DNA of 64,000 nt from Octopus vulgaris. Lineage: Eukaryota. A program made the position numbers and the translations under genes. This document shows, piece after piece, positions 26,525 through 40,750 of this stretch (position 1 is the stretch's first letter; each line of letters begins with the position of its first letter). Below the pieces are notes generated by a model. It did not search any database. It had not been told where the DNA came from and saw nothing but the letters and a program-made list of their open reading frames with translations. The stretch spans positions 19,282,001 to 19,346,000 of the forward strand of contig OX597834.1 of NCBI GenBank assembly GCA_951406725.2, read 5' to 3'.

Positions 26525-27160
26525 TCTTTTGGCCTCTCTCATTCGTTTTTCTCCTTCCTTTCTCTGTAGTTTTTTCTCAATCAATCAGAACAACCAAGTA
26601 ATCTATAACAGAAATATCACCCATTAATGGATGCCACTTTTGATATCTGCACTGTTATAATTTCACATTTATCCTTTGTTCATTTGGTTTTCGTCCCCCA
26701 CCCCACTTCAAACTGCCACTGTGAATCCCTGTCTCCCTCTCATCCACCCTATGTACATGTGTTCTTCATCATTCGAGCATAATCATGCTGTTTCCATTTA
26801 TTTATTAATTTCTTTTTTGTGTGTGGTAGTTGTTAGAAGTAATTTAGTGATATTAAGACACACTATTTAGATTTATTGATCAATATCCAATATTTCTTAT
26901 ACACCCCCTCCCCCACACACACAGTACACAATGACACACACATGTATGTGTAACTTGGGAGCTAAATTGGTAGATGGAAACAATAAGAAGCTCATTGTAG
27001 AAATGTATGTGTGTGTTTATATACATTATTACTATTATTAATAGTAGTATTTAAAAACAGTTAGATTTAGCCCATGCAAATTAAATTTCATAGACTTGTT
27101 ATATTTATATATGACATATGTATGTGTGTGTATGCTTGTATGTATATATATATATATATA

Positions 27161-27522
27161 CTAGCAGTATCGCCCGGCGTTGCTCGGGTTTGTAAGGGAA
27201 ATAACTATAAAGCATTTTTAGAGAGTTATAGCCAAAAAATGGAAAAAAAATTATGGTAAATTTTTTTTAGTTAAAAAGGTCGAGTTGCGTCCCCTAGACA
27301 GTCTGTGGTTTGTGTTTCTGATTCTCGACCCCATGTCGAATTTATCGATTTTTTCAGAGCTAGGGGAACTTTTCAAAATTTTCGCTGCGTTAGTTTTGAA
27401 TTATGACATTGGGCTATGTGTGTGTCAAGTTTCATCAGAATCGGTTGAAAGCCGTGGTCAGGGTGAGGGTACAACCTAACAGACACACAGAAACACACAC
27501 AGACAAACTGCCGTTTATATAT

Positions 27523-27527
<5 letters not shown>
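27161..27527 (-). mobile_element. Non-autonomous Helitron
   Basis: The minus strand starts TCTCTATATATAAAC and ends cccgagcaacgccgggcgatactgCTAG, the same 3' end as the Helitron at 2982-3480. Confidence 0.88.
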
Positions 27528-27559
<32 letters not shown>

Positions 27560-27788
27560 GACACCTGATGCATGGCACACCATGAGCCTTTTTGGGCAAC
27601 ATCAATTTGATGGTGGGAGTGAGCTAAAGTACAGCACAAACATATACTCTTTTTACTCTTTTATTTGTGTGTCATTTGACTGTGGCCATGCTGGAGCACC
27701 CCCTTCAGTCGAGCAAATCGACCCCAGGACTTATACTTTGGAAGCCTAGTACTTGTTCTATTGTTCTCTTTTGCCGAACCGCTAAGTT

Positions 27789-28250
27789 ATATATATATAT
27801 ATAAAACACAGAATGTGTGTCTGTCTGTGTGTTTGTCATGTCGCCAAAACTCCAAATCCACCTCACTGATTTTAATGAAATTTTACACATGCAGTGTTAT
27901 GGGCCAAAAGCATATTCAACTTCTTGCCTAATGCGGGCCCAGGGACAGATAAACCGCATTTTTAAAGCATTTTTGCAGCGTTAAGGCCGTAACTTGAAGA
28001 GTATCCAGTCACTTTCCTCCAAATTTGCAACAATCAGGCTCCTGAAATTGCTGTTGACTAAAAAAAAATTTTCAATGCCAGTTATGGACCCAACCTCCCA
28101 AAATACATAATCAAATTTGAGTATACTGCACTGGGTTTTATCGTTGTTTTAGGTCATTTTCCAACAATACAATATTGACATTACTTATGTGTCATAAGTA
28201 GCCTATAATATTTCATGAAAACCTTTTTGTCCAATTTGGTAGAGGAAATA
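27789..28250 (+). mobile_element. Probable Helitron 5' portion abutting a truncated SINE-A (27646-27788)
   Basis: tatatataaaa..gtgtgtctgtctgtgtg..gattttaatgaaattttacac resembles the 5' ends of the other two Helitrons. No 3' CTAG or hairpin was found, so the right end is approximate. Confidence 0.45.
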
Positions 28251-28924
28251 AGAACATAAAAATTTTTGTTGTATGGTGAAGTGTTGTTAGTTGTTGTGTT
28301 GCTTGAATAAATATTAAGATCAAAGGTCCTCTTGCCATAAGCATCCTATCTTTTTGTTAAGCATATTGTATAAAGGAGTATATCATCCAAAATGAATCTC
28401 TACTTTATAGGCGTGGCTGTGTGGTTGAGACGCTTGCTTTCCAACCAGGTCGCCTTGGGTTCAGTCCCACTGTGTGACACATTGGGCAGTTCTCTTTCAG
28501 TACAGCTCTGTACCGACCAAAGCCTTGTGTATTATATAATTGCCATTACTGTATTGATATATAAAATAACACAAACAACTCACTTGTTATTGTCATATAA
28601 TAAACAAACAGAAGTTCATGTATGAAATTGATCTTTTTTCTACTTCAATTATTATATGCTTTTTTCTTATAAAATACACACATGCAGGAGGAGTAAATCT
28701 ATAAAGTGTTTAAAGAAATTACCTGATCAATGACAGGTATTACTGCTAGTATAAATATATATTTGAAATATTGAGTAGAGATAGCTTTTTTTGTGGGGAT
28801 AATTTTAACTTTAATCTTAATAATAATGTTTCCCCTCAAAAAAGCCATCCCTACTCATTCTTTCAATATATATATACTACTGTGCCGAAAACTTTCTCTT
28901 TATTATTCTAATATATATATATGT

Positions 28925-28971
<47 letters not shown>

Positions 28972-29120
28972 TATATAAATGGATGAATGAATTATCCTTT
29001 GTTTACCGTTAACAGGGTAACTTATACTACATATATATATATATGTATGTGTGTGTATATATATTTGTATATATATTTATATATGTATGTATATATATAT
29101 ATGTGTATACATATTTGTAC

Positions 29121-29178
<58 letters not shown>

Positions 29179-29655
29179 GATGGGCTTCTTTCAGTTTCCA
29201 TCTACCAAATCCAATCACAAGGCTTTGGTCGGCCCAAAACTATAATAGAAGTCATTTTCCCAAGGTGCCATGCAGTGGGAATGAACCTGGAACCATGTGA
29301 TTGGTAAGCAAGCTACTTACCACACAGCCACTCTTGCACCTTTAAAAAAAAATCATTTGTGCAGGTTGTTTGGCAAAATAAAAAGCTGAATACTCATACA
29401 TCATCTTTGACAGGCGAGTCCATAACACACACATACACACACACACTAACACACACACACAAACTAACACACACACACACACACATGCGCACACACATAC
29501 TAACACACGCATACTAACACACGCACTCACACACACACATATGCAGATATGCTCAGACATACATAATGTAATGTTTCAAGATAGTTATTTGCTTGTAAGC
29601 TTTGGTATCAGTATCTACCATAGGTTAACTATACACACACACATACACACACTCA

Positions 29656-29794
<139 letters not shown>

Positions 29795-30452
29795 ACACAC
29801 ACTCTCTCACACACACACACACACGTCTACACACACATATCTATTACATATCATAAGAGTAACAAATACTTTTCCTTGTAAACAGTGTCACCAGTTTTAA
29901 CAAGTGTACTACTATACTCACACCACATTATTGATGGTCGGTTGCCATATTTAGATTCCTTCTGTGGATGCTGTCTTTCTTCGTCTCCCTCATCTCTTCG
30001 TTAATATCTCTCGACCAACTCAACCTTGTTTATTGGCAACCACTCATATAAAATAATTACTTAGTGTTTCTTTGCATTTCATTCCGTTTCTTTCTTTACA
30101 TAGCTCTGTTTACTTTAATGCGGGCCCCCGTCTCTCCCTCGACCAACAACGACCAATGACCCACCTGCGCACCCCTGCCACCTTTGTAAGTTATCGCCCT
30201 CAGATAAAAACCATTGTCAACTGTTTCCTATAAAGAGGAAGGTGTTGGCCTAAATGGTTCGGTTCGTCTGAAACCTTCTTTTCTGTTCATAGATATCGAT
30301 TCATTAGGGTCTCATTATTTTCCTCTCCAACAGCGTTCAAAGAAGAAAGAAATGGAAAAAGTAAGGAATACATTGTGTGTGTGGATATACACACGCATGC
30401 ACGCATGCATGCACACACACATACATACACACACAGATATGGACACATATTT

Positions 30453-30517
<65 letters not shown>

Positions 30518-30619
30518 TGTAAGTTTATAAGTTTATATACATGTATATGAATCTAAATACATATATATATATGCACACACAAACACATATACATACATAG
30601 CTCCATATGCATATGTGTA

Positions 30620-30682
<63 letters not shown>

Positions 30683-30881
30683 GTATATATATATGTATAT
30701 ATATGTATATATATGTATATATATATATGTATATATATGTATATATATATATGTATATATATGTATGTATATATATATGTATATATATATGTATATATAT
30801 ATGTATATATATGTATATATATGTATATATATATATGTATATATATGTATGTATATATATGTATATATATATATATGTATA

Positions 30882-30931
<50 letters not shown>

Positions 30932-32609
30932 TACATCGGTATGTGCATATACATATGTATGTGTAAATAGAAATGTGTGTGAGTGTATCTGTCTGTCTGT
31001 CCGTCTGTCTGTCTGTCTATCTATCTATCAATCTCTCTATATATATATGTATGTATGTATACGTATGTGTATGCCATACACACATATATGTATTTATCTA
31101 CATTCATATGAAGATATAAAAAAAAAATGAAATTATCCTCTGTATCTATTAATTTATTCATTAACTTCCTAATTTGAAAAGTGAATATGCGTATGTGTGT
31201 GTGTGTGCATTTGTGTGGGTGTGCATATGTGCGTGCACACGTACATGCATGTGTGTGTGTGTGTTTGTAGATGTTTGTGTGAAAGACTACTTGTAGCCAC
31301 AACCCATTTCTCTATTATATTACCATTAGGACAGATTCCAATCTCCTGCTGTTTCTACTCTTTGATTGCCAGGAATTACCCATTTTCACAGAAGTTGGCA
31401 AAGGCAGTTCCTGGTGTTTAGTGTTGCACCATTTCTGATACTAACACCACGGTTAATGTCGGCTCTTATATCTCTTGGAACATAAAACATTATATGCATA
31501 AAAGAAGAAAGGTTTTATCATTAAAGGAGAATTTGGGCAAAGCACTGTATTTGTCAACAACGGCCTTTATCTGTAAATAGAATCCACTTCTGCACTTCTC
31601 CTCTTTACTCCTTCTCCCCTTCATGCCTCTTTCTTTTTCTCCTCCTCCTCCTCTCTCTTTTCCTCCTCCTCCACCATCATCATTACATTTACAGGCATGT
31701 AAGAGCTGCGGTTTGTGATGTTGCTCATTGCCCAGGTCTGGTCCTTTGTCCAGGACCACCATGTCTTCATTTTTAGGGTATTTTGGATGACATCAACCAA
31801 TGGAATCATCATCATCATCATCATCATCGTCGTCGTCATCATCATTCTTTCCCTCTGTTTTTCCATAGCAGTTTGACAGGATCCAGTGAGCCACGGAACA
31901 TCTTCTAGCTCCCCAACACCAGTTTTGACATGGTGTCTCCAGATGGAAGCCATTCCTGGCACCAACTACTTTACAATGTTTGCTGGGTGTCATTGCTTTT
32001 GTTTTTCTTCTTTGACACTAGCACTAATGATGCTGCAATGGAATTTGCAAGACAAAGAAAGAGAGGTAAATGAAAAAGGAAAAAAAAAAGAAACCTCTTG
32101 ACTAAGAGGAATGTATTTGAGAGAAGGGTTGGGGAAGCTTTATGCCAGGTACTGAAGGATAAGGTATTACAGTGCAACAAGTGCAGGTGTCTTGTTATAG
32201 AGGAGATAGAATGTATGGTAAGGTGGCAAACTTGAGGGAGATGTACGTATTCAAAAACTGATCAAACTGACCTTTGCCTCTGATGCAAAATAGACACGAA
32301 ACTGAGAATGTAAGCATCTTAGTCAACACTCAATAGATATGTTTATAAATGTTGTTTACACCTTTAAGTGCCTTAACAGTCAACATACAATATATACATA
32401 TAAATTTATATATATATGTATCTCCTTGCTATTATGTTAAACTGTTGTATGTCCAAATTTGGCCAAATGGTTTTTTTTCGATATTTATTTTTGCTTGAAA
32501 TAGCCAGTTCTTTTGGTCAACCTATTGTATCTCTAGCTGCTTCAGATGCCAAGATATCAAAAACTGTCAAAGTGTAGAACAACACTGTAGGAATAACCGC
32601 TATCGTGGC

Positions 32610-33070
32610 ATGATTTTTTCACAAGACAACATCGTTAGATATCTGTGGAATAACGAGGAGTACAAATACCTAGAACTGCAGCAAGATGATAGGATAATGG
32701 AGGGAGAAATGCGAGAGAAAGTTTCTAGACCATACAGCGGGAGACTGCGGAAGGTACTTGAAACAAAATTAAACAGAGGGAGTATCATTAAAGCTGTAAG
32801 TACATGGGCTATACCAATATTAAGATACTAAAATGGTATCTCTAGCCAGAGATCTGAATATATTAAAGGACTAAGTAAACAATTATTCTTGTGGAATTTG
32901 GTGCACTTGGCACAACACTCGAAATGCTAACTAAAAGACCAAAAGGGATTGGAAGTGAAACTTGAATTGCTGACCTGCATAAAAGTACCGTCCTATATTG
33001 TGCAACAATCCTAAGAAAGATTCTCATGATTTGAGGAGACTTGTTGTTGTCACTAAACCTCAAGATAACC
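32610..33070 (+). pseudogene. R4/Dong-like (restriction-like endonuclease) LINE relic with an internal deletion
   Basis: YKYLELQQDD..MREKVSRPYSGRLRKVLETKLNRGSIIKAVSTWAIPILRY, then from 32882 IILVEFGALGT..LHKSTVLYCATILRKIL*. Both match recalled R4-clade post-RT and C-terminal motifs. Confidence 0.72.
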
Positions 33071-33072
33071 TA

Positions 33073-33363
33073 TCATCATCATCATCATCATTTAGCGTCC
33101 GCTTTCCATGCTAGCATGGGTTGGACGGTTCAACTGGGGTCTGTGAAGCCAGAAGGCTGCATCTGGCAGTGTTTCTATGGCTGGATGCCCTTCCTAACGC
33201 CAACCACTCCATGAGTGTAGTGGGTGCTTTTTACGTGCCACACGCACAGGTGCCAGACGGAGCTGGCAAACGGCCACGGACGGATGGTGCTTTTTACATG
33301 CCACTGGCACAGGGGCCAGGCTAGGCTGGCAACGACCACGATCGGATGGTGCTTTTTACGTGC
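33073..33363 (-). mobile_element. Retroposon family C 3' end
   Basis: (CAT)n followed by ccatgctagcatggg and three ggtgctttttac subrepeats. Confidence 0.88.
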
Positions 33364-33429
33364 TATATAAATTATCTGCTATATAAATTAGCTTGGTTGT
33401 ATTAATAATGTTCTAGCTTGATGATACTG

Positions 33430-34330
33430 GTTCTATATTTTGGCACAAGACCAGCAATTTTGGGGGAAGGGTAAGTTGATTACATCAACCCCCCACTGTT
33501 CAACTGTTACTTATTTCATTGACCCCCTAAAGGATGAAAGGTAAAGTCAACCTCAGTGAAATTTGAACTCAGAACATAAAAACAGACAAAATGCCACGAA
33601 GTATTTTGCCCAGCATGCTAATGATTCTTATTTCTTTATTACCCACAAGGGGCTAAACATAGAGGGGACAAACAAGGACAGACAAAGGGATTAAGTCGAT
33701 TACATCAACCTCAGTGCATAACTGGTACTTAATTTATCGACGAGCTGGCAGAAACGTTAGCACGCTGGGCGAAATGCTTAGCGGTATTTCGTCTGCCATT
33801 ACGTTTTGAGTTCAAATTCCGCTGAGGTCAACTTTGCCTTTCATCCTTCCGGGGTCGATAAATTAAGTACCAGTTAAGCACTGGGGTCAATGTTATCGAC
33901 TTCATACCTATGTCTATCCTTGTTTGTCCCCTCTATGTTTAGCCCCTTGTGGGTAATAAAGAAATAGGTACTTAATTTATCAACCCCGAAAGGATGAAAG
34001 GCAAAGTTGACCTCAGCGGAATTTGAACTCAGAACATAGTGGCAGATGAAATACCGCTAAGCATTTTGCCCGGTGTGCTAACGTTTCTGCCAGCTTGCTG
34101 CCTTCATAACAATTCTTTCTACTAAAGGGACAAGGCCTGATATTTTGGGGTGGGTGGATGACTAATCGATTGCATTAACCTCAGTACACAACTGGTACTT
34201 AATTTATCAACTCTGAAAGGATGAAAAGCAAAGTCGGCCTCGGCAGAATTTGAACTCAGAACACAAAGACAGACGAAATACCACTAAGCATTTTGCCTGA
34301 CATGCTAATAATTCTGCCAACTCACTGCCA
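33430..34330. mobile_element. Cluster of four SINE-B copies, including a plus-strand copy (33742-33966) nested in a minus-strand copy (33628-34104)
   Basis: 18-bp TSD ggtacttaatttatc(g/a)ac at 33724-33741 and 33967-33984. Confidence 0.9.
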
Positions 34331-34356
34331 TAGTAGTAGTAGTAGTAGTAGTAGTA

Positions 34357-34408
<52 letters not shown>

Positions 34409-35549
34409 TAGTGATAATGATAAAGAGATTAGTCAGAAGATAAGAATGTATCAGTTCTGAGTTTATTTATGTACAGGTATAAAAGATCAGTGAATATTTT
34501 CAAGGAAATGAAATGAAATATTGCTCAACTTTTTATGCATTTCTATTGAATGTAGCACGTGTGCATGTTTTTGTGTACAATGGTGTCTATAAAAAGTAGG
34601 GGGTTTCAACTCCCTAAAGGGACTTAAATGAATTGAACTTAACCGTTTAATAATTAATGATTGATAAAATGAATACTAGTCTAAGTACTGGGTTCAATAC
34701 AGACGAGCCTTTGAAGTTGGTTACCCCAGCTTGGCCTCACTCCAGTGACTGAGACCGATAAAATAAATGAATATTATCATAGATGTATCTGTACATATGC
34801 AAACAAGTGCACATAAAAACATGTACACACACACATGCACACACGCACACACACACACACACATGTACACATTAGAAACATGTACACACACACATGCACA
34901 CACGCACACACACACACATGTACACATGCTCACACACACACATGTACACATGCACACATGCACACAAACACACACATGCACACACACACACATGTACACA
35001 TGCACACACACACATGTACACATGCACACACACACACATGCATGCACACATGTGTGAACATACATTCTCACTTCTATACTCACATGCATGTATGCACCCT
35101 CACCCAAAGTGCATGTGCACTTACATTCTAATTTTCCTATGTAAACACATGCACACATACAGTATCACTTAAACACATACACACCACATGCATTCACACA
35201 CACACACACACACATTAAACACATCCATTCATAGAACGACACATTCACATGTTTACTAATAATGTCGCTCACACCATTCCTCTTTAGTGCTCGACACCCT
35301 GCTCACCCCTCTTCATTTTCCCCCCTAGTCTTCTCATGCACTCTTTGTGTCTATGTGGTGGACACAAGCATATCTCTTTATGCTGAGCACATGATCACAT
35401 TCATACTTTTAGGTGTATACACATTTGATTACACGCATAAATGTTTAAGCCGTATGACATAAATATAAACCTTCACCCACTTTCATGCACAAACAGGCTC
35501 GCATACAGCAGGGGTGACACTTACATATCTGCATGTGCATGGACACTAG

Positions 35550-35586
<37 letters not shown>

Positions 35587-36759
35587 GTATAGATATGTCC
35601 TTATATGTATATATACATGTATATATGCATATACATGTATATACAAGTATATGCATGTATATATATATATGCCTGTATGTATATTCATGTGTATATGTAT
35701 GTATATTCATGTGTATATATATATGCATATTCATATGTATATATACATATTCATATATATGTATATATATATATAAACATACACATACATTCATATATAT
35801 ACATATGTATATTTATACATATATGCATATATATATATTTGTACACACACATATATATATATGTATACACATATATTTATATATACATATCCACATACAT
35901 ACACACACACATATATATATACATATATATATATATATATGTTACATACATGCATATATATACATATATGTGCACACGTGCACATGCACACATCACATGG
36001 TTGACCTTTCCACACAGTTGGCAGTGAAGTTATCCCACCCACGTTTTTTTCTTCTTCTTCCTCCCTGTCCCTAGCTGCTCCCCCTCCCCCCGAAGTTATT
36101 ATTGATATGAAAGTCAGCATATGACCAAGGAGAGAAGCGTGGAAGGAAGGGGAGGAGGGACTATTTTCGAAGGATTTGCATTGATGCAAGGAATACATTA
36201 AGTGCAATAAGCTTTGATGACAACACTTCAGAAGTAGAGAGAGTTAGTTGTTCTATGCAAATGGAACCTGCTTCAAAGAGGCCCCATGAAACAAAACATT
36301 CACACACACACACAAACACACACACACACACACACGTGTGTACAAATAAATAAATAAATAAATAAAATTAAAACTTAGTCCCAAATATATTCTGCTCTTC
36401 AGAAAAAAGAAAACAGTAATGTGTGTGTGTGTGTGCACGTGTGTGCGAGTGTGTTTGTGTGTGTATGCACCAATGTTTGGATGTATATACATATGTATGT
36501 ATGTATGAATGCATGCATATATACATGTATGTAAATACATATGTATATATCTACATATATATATGTATATATATATGTGTATGTATATATATGTATGTAT
36601 ATATATATATACATATGTATATATCTACGTATATATATTTGTTTATATATATATATATATGTGAGTATGTATGTATGTATAAATGCATGTATGCATGTAT
36701 ACATGTATGTATATACATATGTATATGTATATATATATGTGTGTGTATGTATACATATG

Positions 36760-36793
<34 letters not shown>

Positions 36794-36822
36794 TGTATGT
36801 ATGTATGTATGTGTGTGTATGT

Positions 36823-36877
<55 letters not shown>

Positions 36878-37218
36878 AACCGAAAATATATTTGCCAAAA
36901 TAGAAAAAAAGCTCTAATGATAACAGTGATAAAAAAAAATGGTCCAAAAATATACTCTTTTTTGTTTGTTTTTTCAGTTATTGATTAAGTCACTTGGAAA
37001 AGTAAAATGTGCTGAACTGACGAGAGAGAGAGAGAGAAAGAAAGGGAGGATATTTTTTGTCGTCGTTTTTGAAGAGGCTATATAGTTACTATTGTATATT
37101 GTTTATTTAGTTGCTGTTGTTGCTCTTGTTGTTTGACTTTAGGATAGCTCGGTTGAAACAGATGTATGATTAAAGGTATTCCAGTTATGATCATCTTGTT
37201 TATTTTTTATTTTTTTTG

Positions 37219-37253
<35 letters not shown>

Positions 37254-38224
37254 AACCGAAAATATATTTGCCAAAATAGAAAAAAAGTCTAATGATAACA
37301 GCGATAAAAAAAATGGTCCAAAAATATACTCTTTTTAACTGGTACTTAATTTTTTCGACACCGAAAGTCACTTGGAAAAGTAAAATGTGCTGAACTGAAC
37401 GAGAGAGAGAGAAATACCGAAGCATTCTGCCCGGAGGATATTTTCTTGTCGTCGTTAGTTTGTATACCTAGTGACTACACTGTCTGTCTAATGTATTAGT
37501 GTTTCCATTGCTTACTTCTTCAGATGGAGATTTAGCTGCTGTGTTTGCAGATCAACCCTGTAGAGACTTCCTTATTGTGTTATTTGTTGTAGATCTTTAC
37601 ATTGTTTTTAAGATTTAGCTTTGGCTGTATGTTTAGCAGATCAAACAACCCTGTAAAAGGGCTTCCTGGTTTGCTGTTGTTGTTTAATTGTTATGGTTCT
37701 CAGTGGAGGATGTTTGCAGAAGAGGTAATTGAGTTTAGTGTTAAGTATGTATGTGTGTATGTGCGTCTGTGTGTGTATCTATATGCCTTTCTATGTGTGT
37801 CTCTCTGTGCTTGTGGGTGTGGGTGTCTGTGTTGTTGTAGATCTTTACATTGCTTTTTAAGATGTCCAGGTTGGATTTGAGGGAGATTTAGCCGCTATGT
37901 TTAGCAGATCAAACAACCATGTAAAAGGGCTTCCTAATTGGTTTGCTGTTGTTGTTGTAATTGTTATGGTTCTCAGTGGAGGATGTTTGCAGAAGAGGTA
38001 ATTGAGTTTAGTGTTAAGTATGTATGTGTGTATGTGCGTCTGTGTGTGTATCTATATGCCTTTCTATGTGTGTCTCTCTGTGCTTGTGGGTGTGGGTGTC
38101 TGTGTGTATCTACTTTTCTCTCTATGTATGTGTCTATGTGCTTCCCTGTGTGGGTGTGTGAGCATGCATGTTTGTGAATACATTTATGTGCTTGTGTGTG
38201 TGCTTATCACTGGCATTGTTACAT

Positions 38225-38320
38225 TGGCTCAAGAACACAACATGCAGCCTGTCTGGGATTCGAACTCACAACCTCACAATTGTAAGCTCGATGCTCTAAC
38301 CACTGAGCCATGCGCCTTCA
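38225..38320 (-). mobile_element. tRNA-like SINE head (family E), 3'-truncated
   Basis: The minus strand reads ggcgcatggctcagtggttagagc...gagttcgaatccc, with A and B boxes, followed by non-tRNA sequence. Confidence 0.7.
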
Positions 38321-38323
38321 CAT

Positions 38324-38355
<32 letters not shown>

Positions 38356-38450
38356 TTTTCTCTAATTTATATTTTACATATTTATATTGTGAAATTTGAT
38401 TTAATACTAAATTGAATTTTTTCCTGTAAGTTTGGAGTTATACTCCCTAA

Positions 38451-38496
<46 letters not shown>

Positions 38497-38966
38497 ATTA
38501 TATATATATATGAACATATATTTATGAAGGCTTCCAAATAGTTACTTCAATCTGGTAGTTACTTTCTGCATCTCAATCAAATAGCCAAATTTTTCAGTTT
38601 TTGTTGTATAACTTAATGCAGCAAATTACTTCTCTCTCTCTCTCCCCCTCTCTCTCTCATACACACACAAGCATAAATACATACAGACATAAATATACAT
38701 ATGTTTGCATGAGTGTGTGAGTATGTGGAAATTTGCATGTGTAGCTATATCCCATACCAACAAAATACAACTAAACCATTCAGTAAATAATGATCACTAA
38801 AATATCAGCTATAAATAGAACATAATTGACAGAATTCCTCATGGATGGTTCTTCAAGTATGGCTAAACAAGTGAAACAAATGAAAATCCAGTAGAAGTAT
38901 AAAAAGTATGTCATGTCTCGGACTACATTATCAAATGTGTTCATCTAAAAGATGGTAGGTGTGATT

Positions 38967-39712
38967 TTAACCCTTTCGTTACCAACCCTGCTGAAACCGC
39001 CTCTGGCTCTGTAGTACAAATGTCTTGTTTTCATAAGTTTTGAATTAAAATCTTCCAACAAACCTTAGTCACAATTTATGTTCCTAACACTAATAATTAT
39101 AGCTTAATGATAACTAAGCTATTTTACTAAATTCTTTGTTATATTTAAAATTAATTGAAAGGAAACACAGAGCATCTCAACAGAAATATGGTAGCAACAG
39201 GGTTAAGTTATATAATAGAGAAACAATTCTTAATGCTTTTGATACCAACCTGCCTGAAACTGCCTCTGGTTCTGTAGTACAAATGTCTTGTTTGCATAAG
39301 TTCTGAATAAAAATCTTCTGCCAAACCTTAATCACAATATATGTTCCTAACACTAGCTTAATGATAATGAAGTTATTTTACTAAATTCTTTGTTATATTT
39401 AAAATCAATTGAAAGAAACACAGAACATCTCAAAATAAATAAGATAAATAAAGGGTTAAAATATATAATGAGAAACAATTCTTAACCCTTTTGATATTAA
39501 CCTGGCTGAAACCAGCTCTGGCTCTGTAGTACAAATGTCTTGTTTTCATAAGTTTTGAATTAAAATCTTCCAACAAACCTTAGTCACAATTTATGTTCCT
39601 AACACTAATAATTATAGCTTAATGATAACTAAGCTATTTTACTAAATTCTTTGTTATATTTAAAATTAATTGAAAGGAAACACAGAGCATCTCAACAGAA
39701 ATATGGTAACGA
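38967..39712. mobile_element. Three tandem piggyBac-type MITEs (about 230 bp each)
   Basis: TTAA-CCC...GGG-TTAA ends: 38971-39202, 39234-39455, and 39486-39712 (right TIR truncated). A partial copy lies at 54485-54614. Confidence 0.8.
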
Positions 39713-40528
39713 GGAGCTTTGTTGAGTATTTCTAGCATGTCAAGTGACTGTATGGAGGCAACTTCTTTGGCTCAGGTTTGTGTTGAAGTCGAGTAATGAC
39801 AAAAATGGTACTAACGAAGATCAGCCTTTTTAATATTTCTTTAGTAAAAATTTGATGGTTACCATGAAGATAGCATTTGATACAAGTTGTCATAGCGATA
39901 GTGAAAGTAATGATTAGAAGTGATAGCAGTGATGATAATTTAATTGCTGTATAATCAGATACTAAGATATTAGACCATTCTTCAGTGATGCAATGGATCT
40001 ATAGAAGCAGTGGCTCCATTTAAAACTGCAATGAAACATTGTCTTCTTTCAGCGCACCAGATAAAATTCTGCTGATATAGAAGTTTGACAACATGAGATA
40101 CAGAAGATAAAGGATGAAAGATAATTTGGTAGATGCTCCAGAATGATTAAAATAAAATTCCATATTCTTCATATTTTTGAATGCTAATTACCTGAAACTA
40201 TAATATGCACATTTTTAAAAACTGAAATCCACATAACGTTTAGAAGTGCATATGACATGTGATATCAGGTTTCTCCACCACCCACATTCATTCTGGAAAT
40301 TACAGTAATTTAATAATGCATTAAGAGTTTTTAGTTTTCTTTGTTTTTTTCTTCTTCTTTTTTGTTAGGTATGGCAGTGTCGTTAAGAAACTTGCTTTGC
40401 AACCATGCATTTTCAGGTTCAGCCCCATTGTATAGCAATCTGAGCAAGTGTCTTCTAGTATAACCCTGGGCTGATCAAAGACTTGTGAGTGAATTTGATT
40501 GATGGAAACTGTATGGAAGCTTATTGTC

Positions 40529-40597
<69 letters not shown>

Positions 40598-40599
<2 letters not shown>

Positions 40600-40750
40600 C
40601 GGGAAGGTTTACGAAAATAAACAAAAGACGAAGGCAGGTGGAGTACAAACAAACAAATGTATTAGTATGGCACTCAGGAATAGAAATAGAACAAGTCTTT
40701 TATGTTTTGAGCCTACGCTCTTCGACAGAAAGAAACACAGAAAAAACAAG
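40598..40750 (-). mobile_element. Short PLE-like insert with a minimal HHR-like motif inside the (TA)n of an old SINE-A
   Basis: The minus strand reads ttt-CTGTCGA-agagc-gtag-gctc-AAAA-cat-aaaag (40697-40732). Related to the element at 42966. Confidence 0.5.

Noticed and set aside
38225-38320. Possible tRNA gene (also the heads at 46402 and 60104)
   Set aside because: A and B boxes are present, but there is no acceptor stem closure and the sequence continues into a SINE body.
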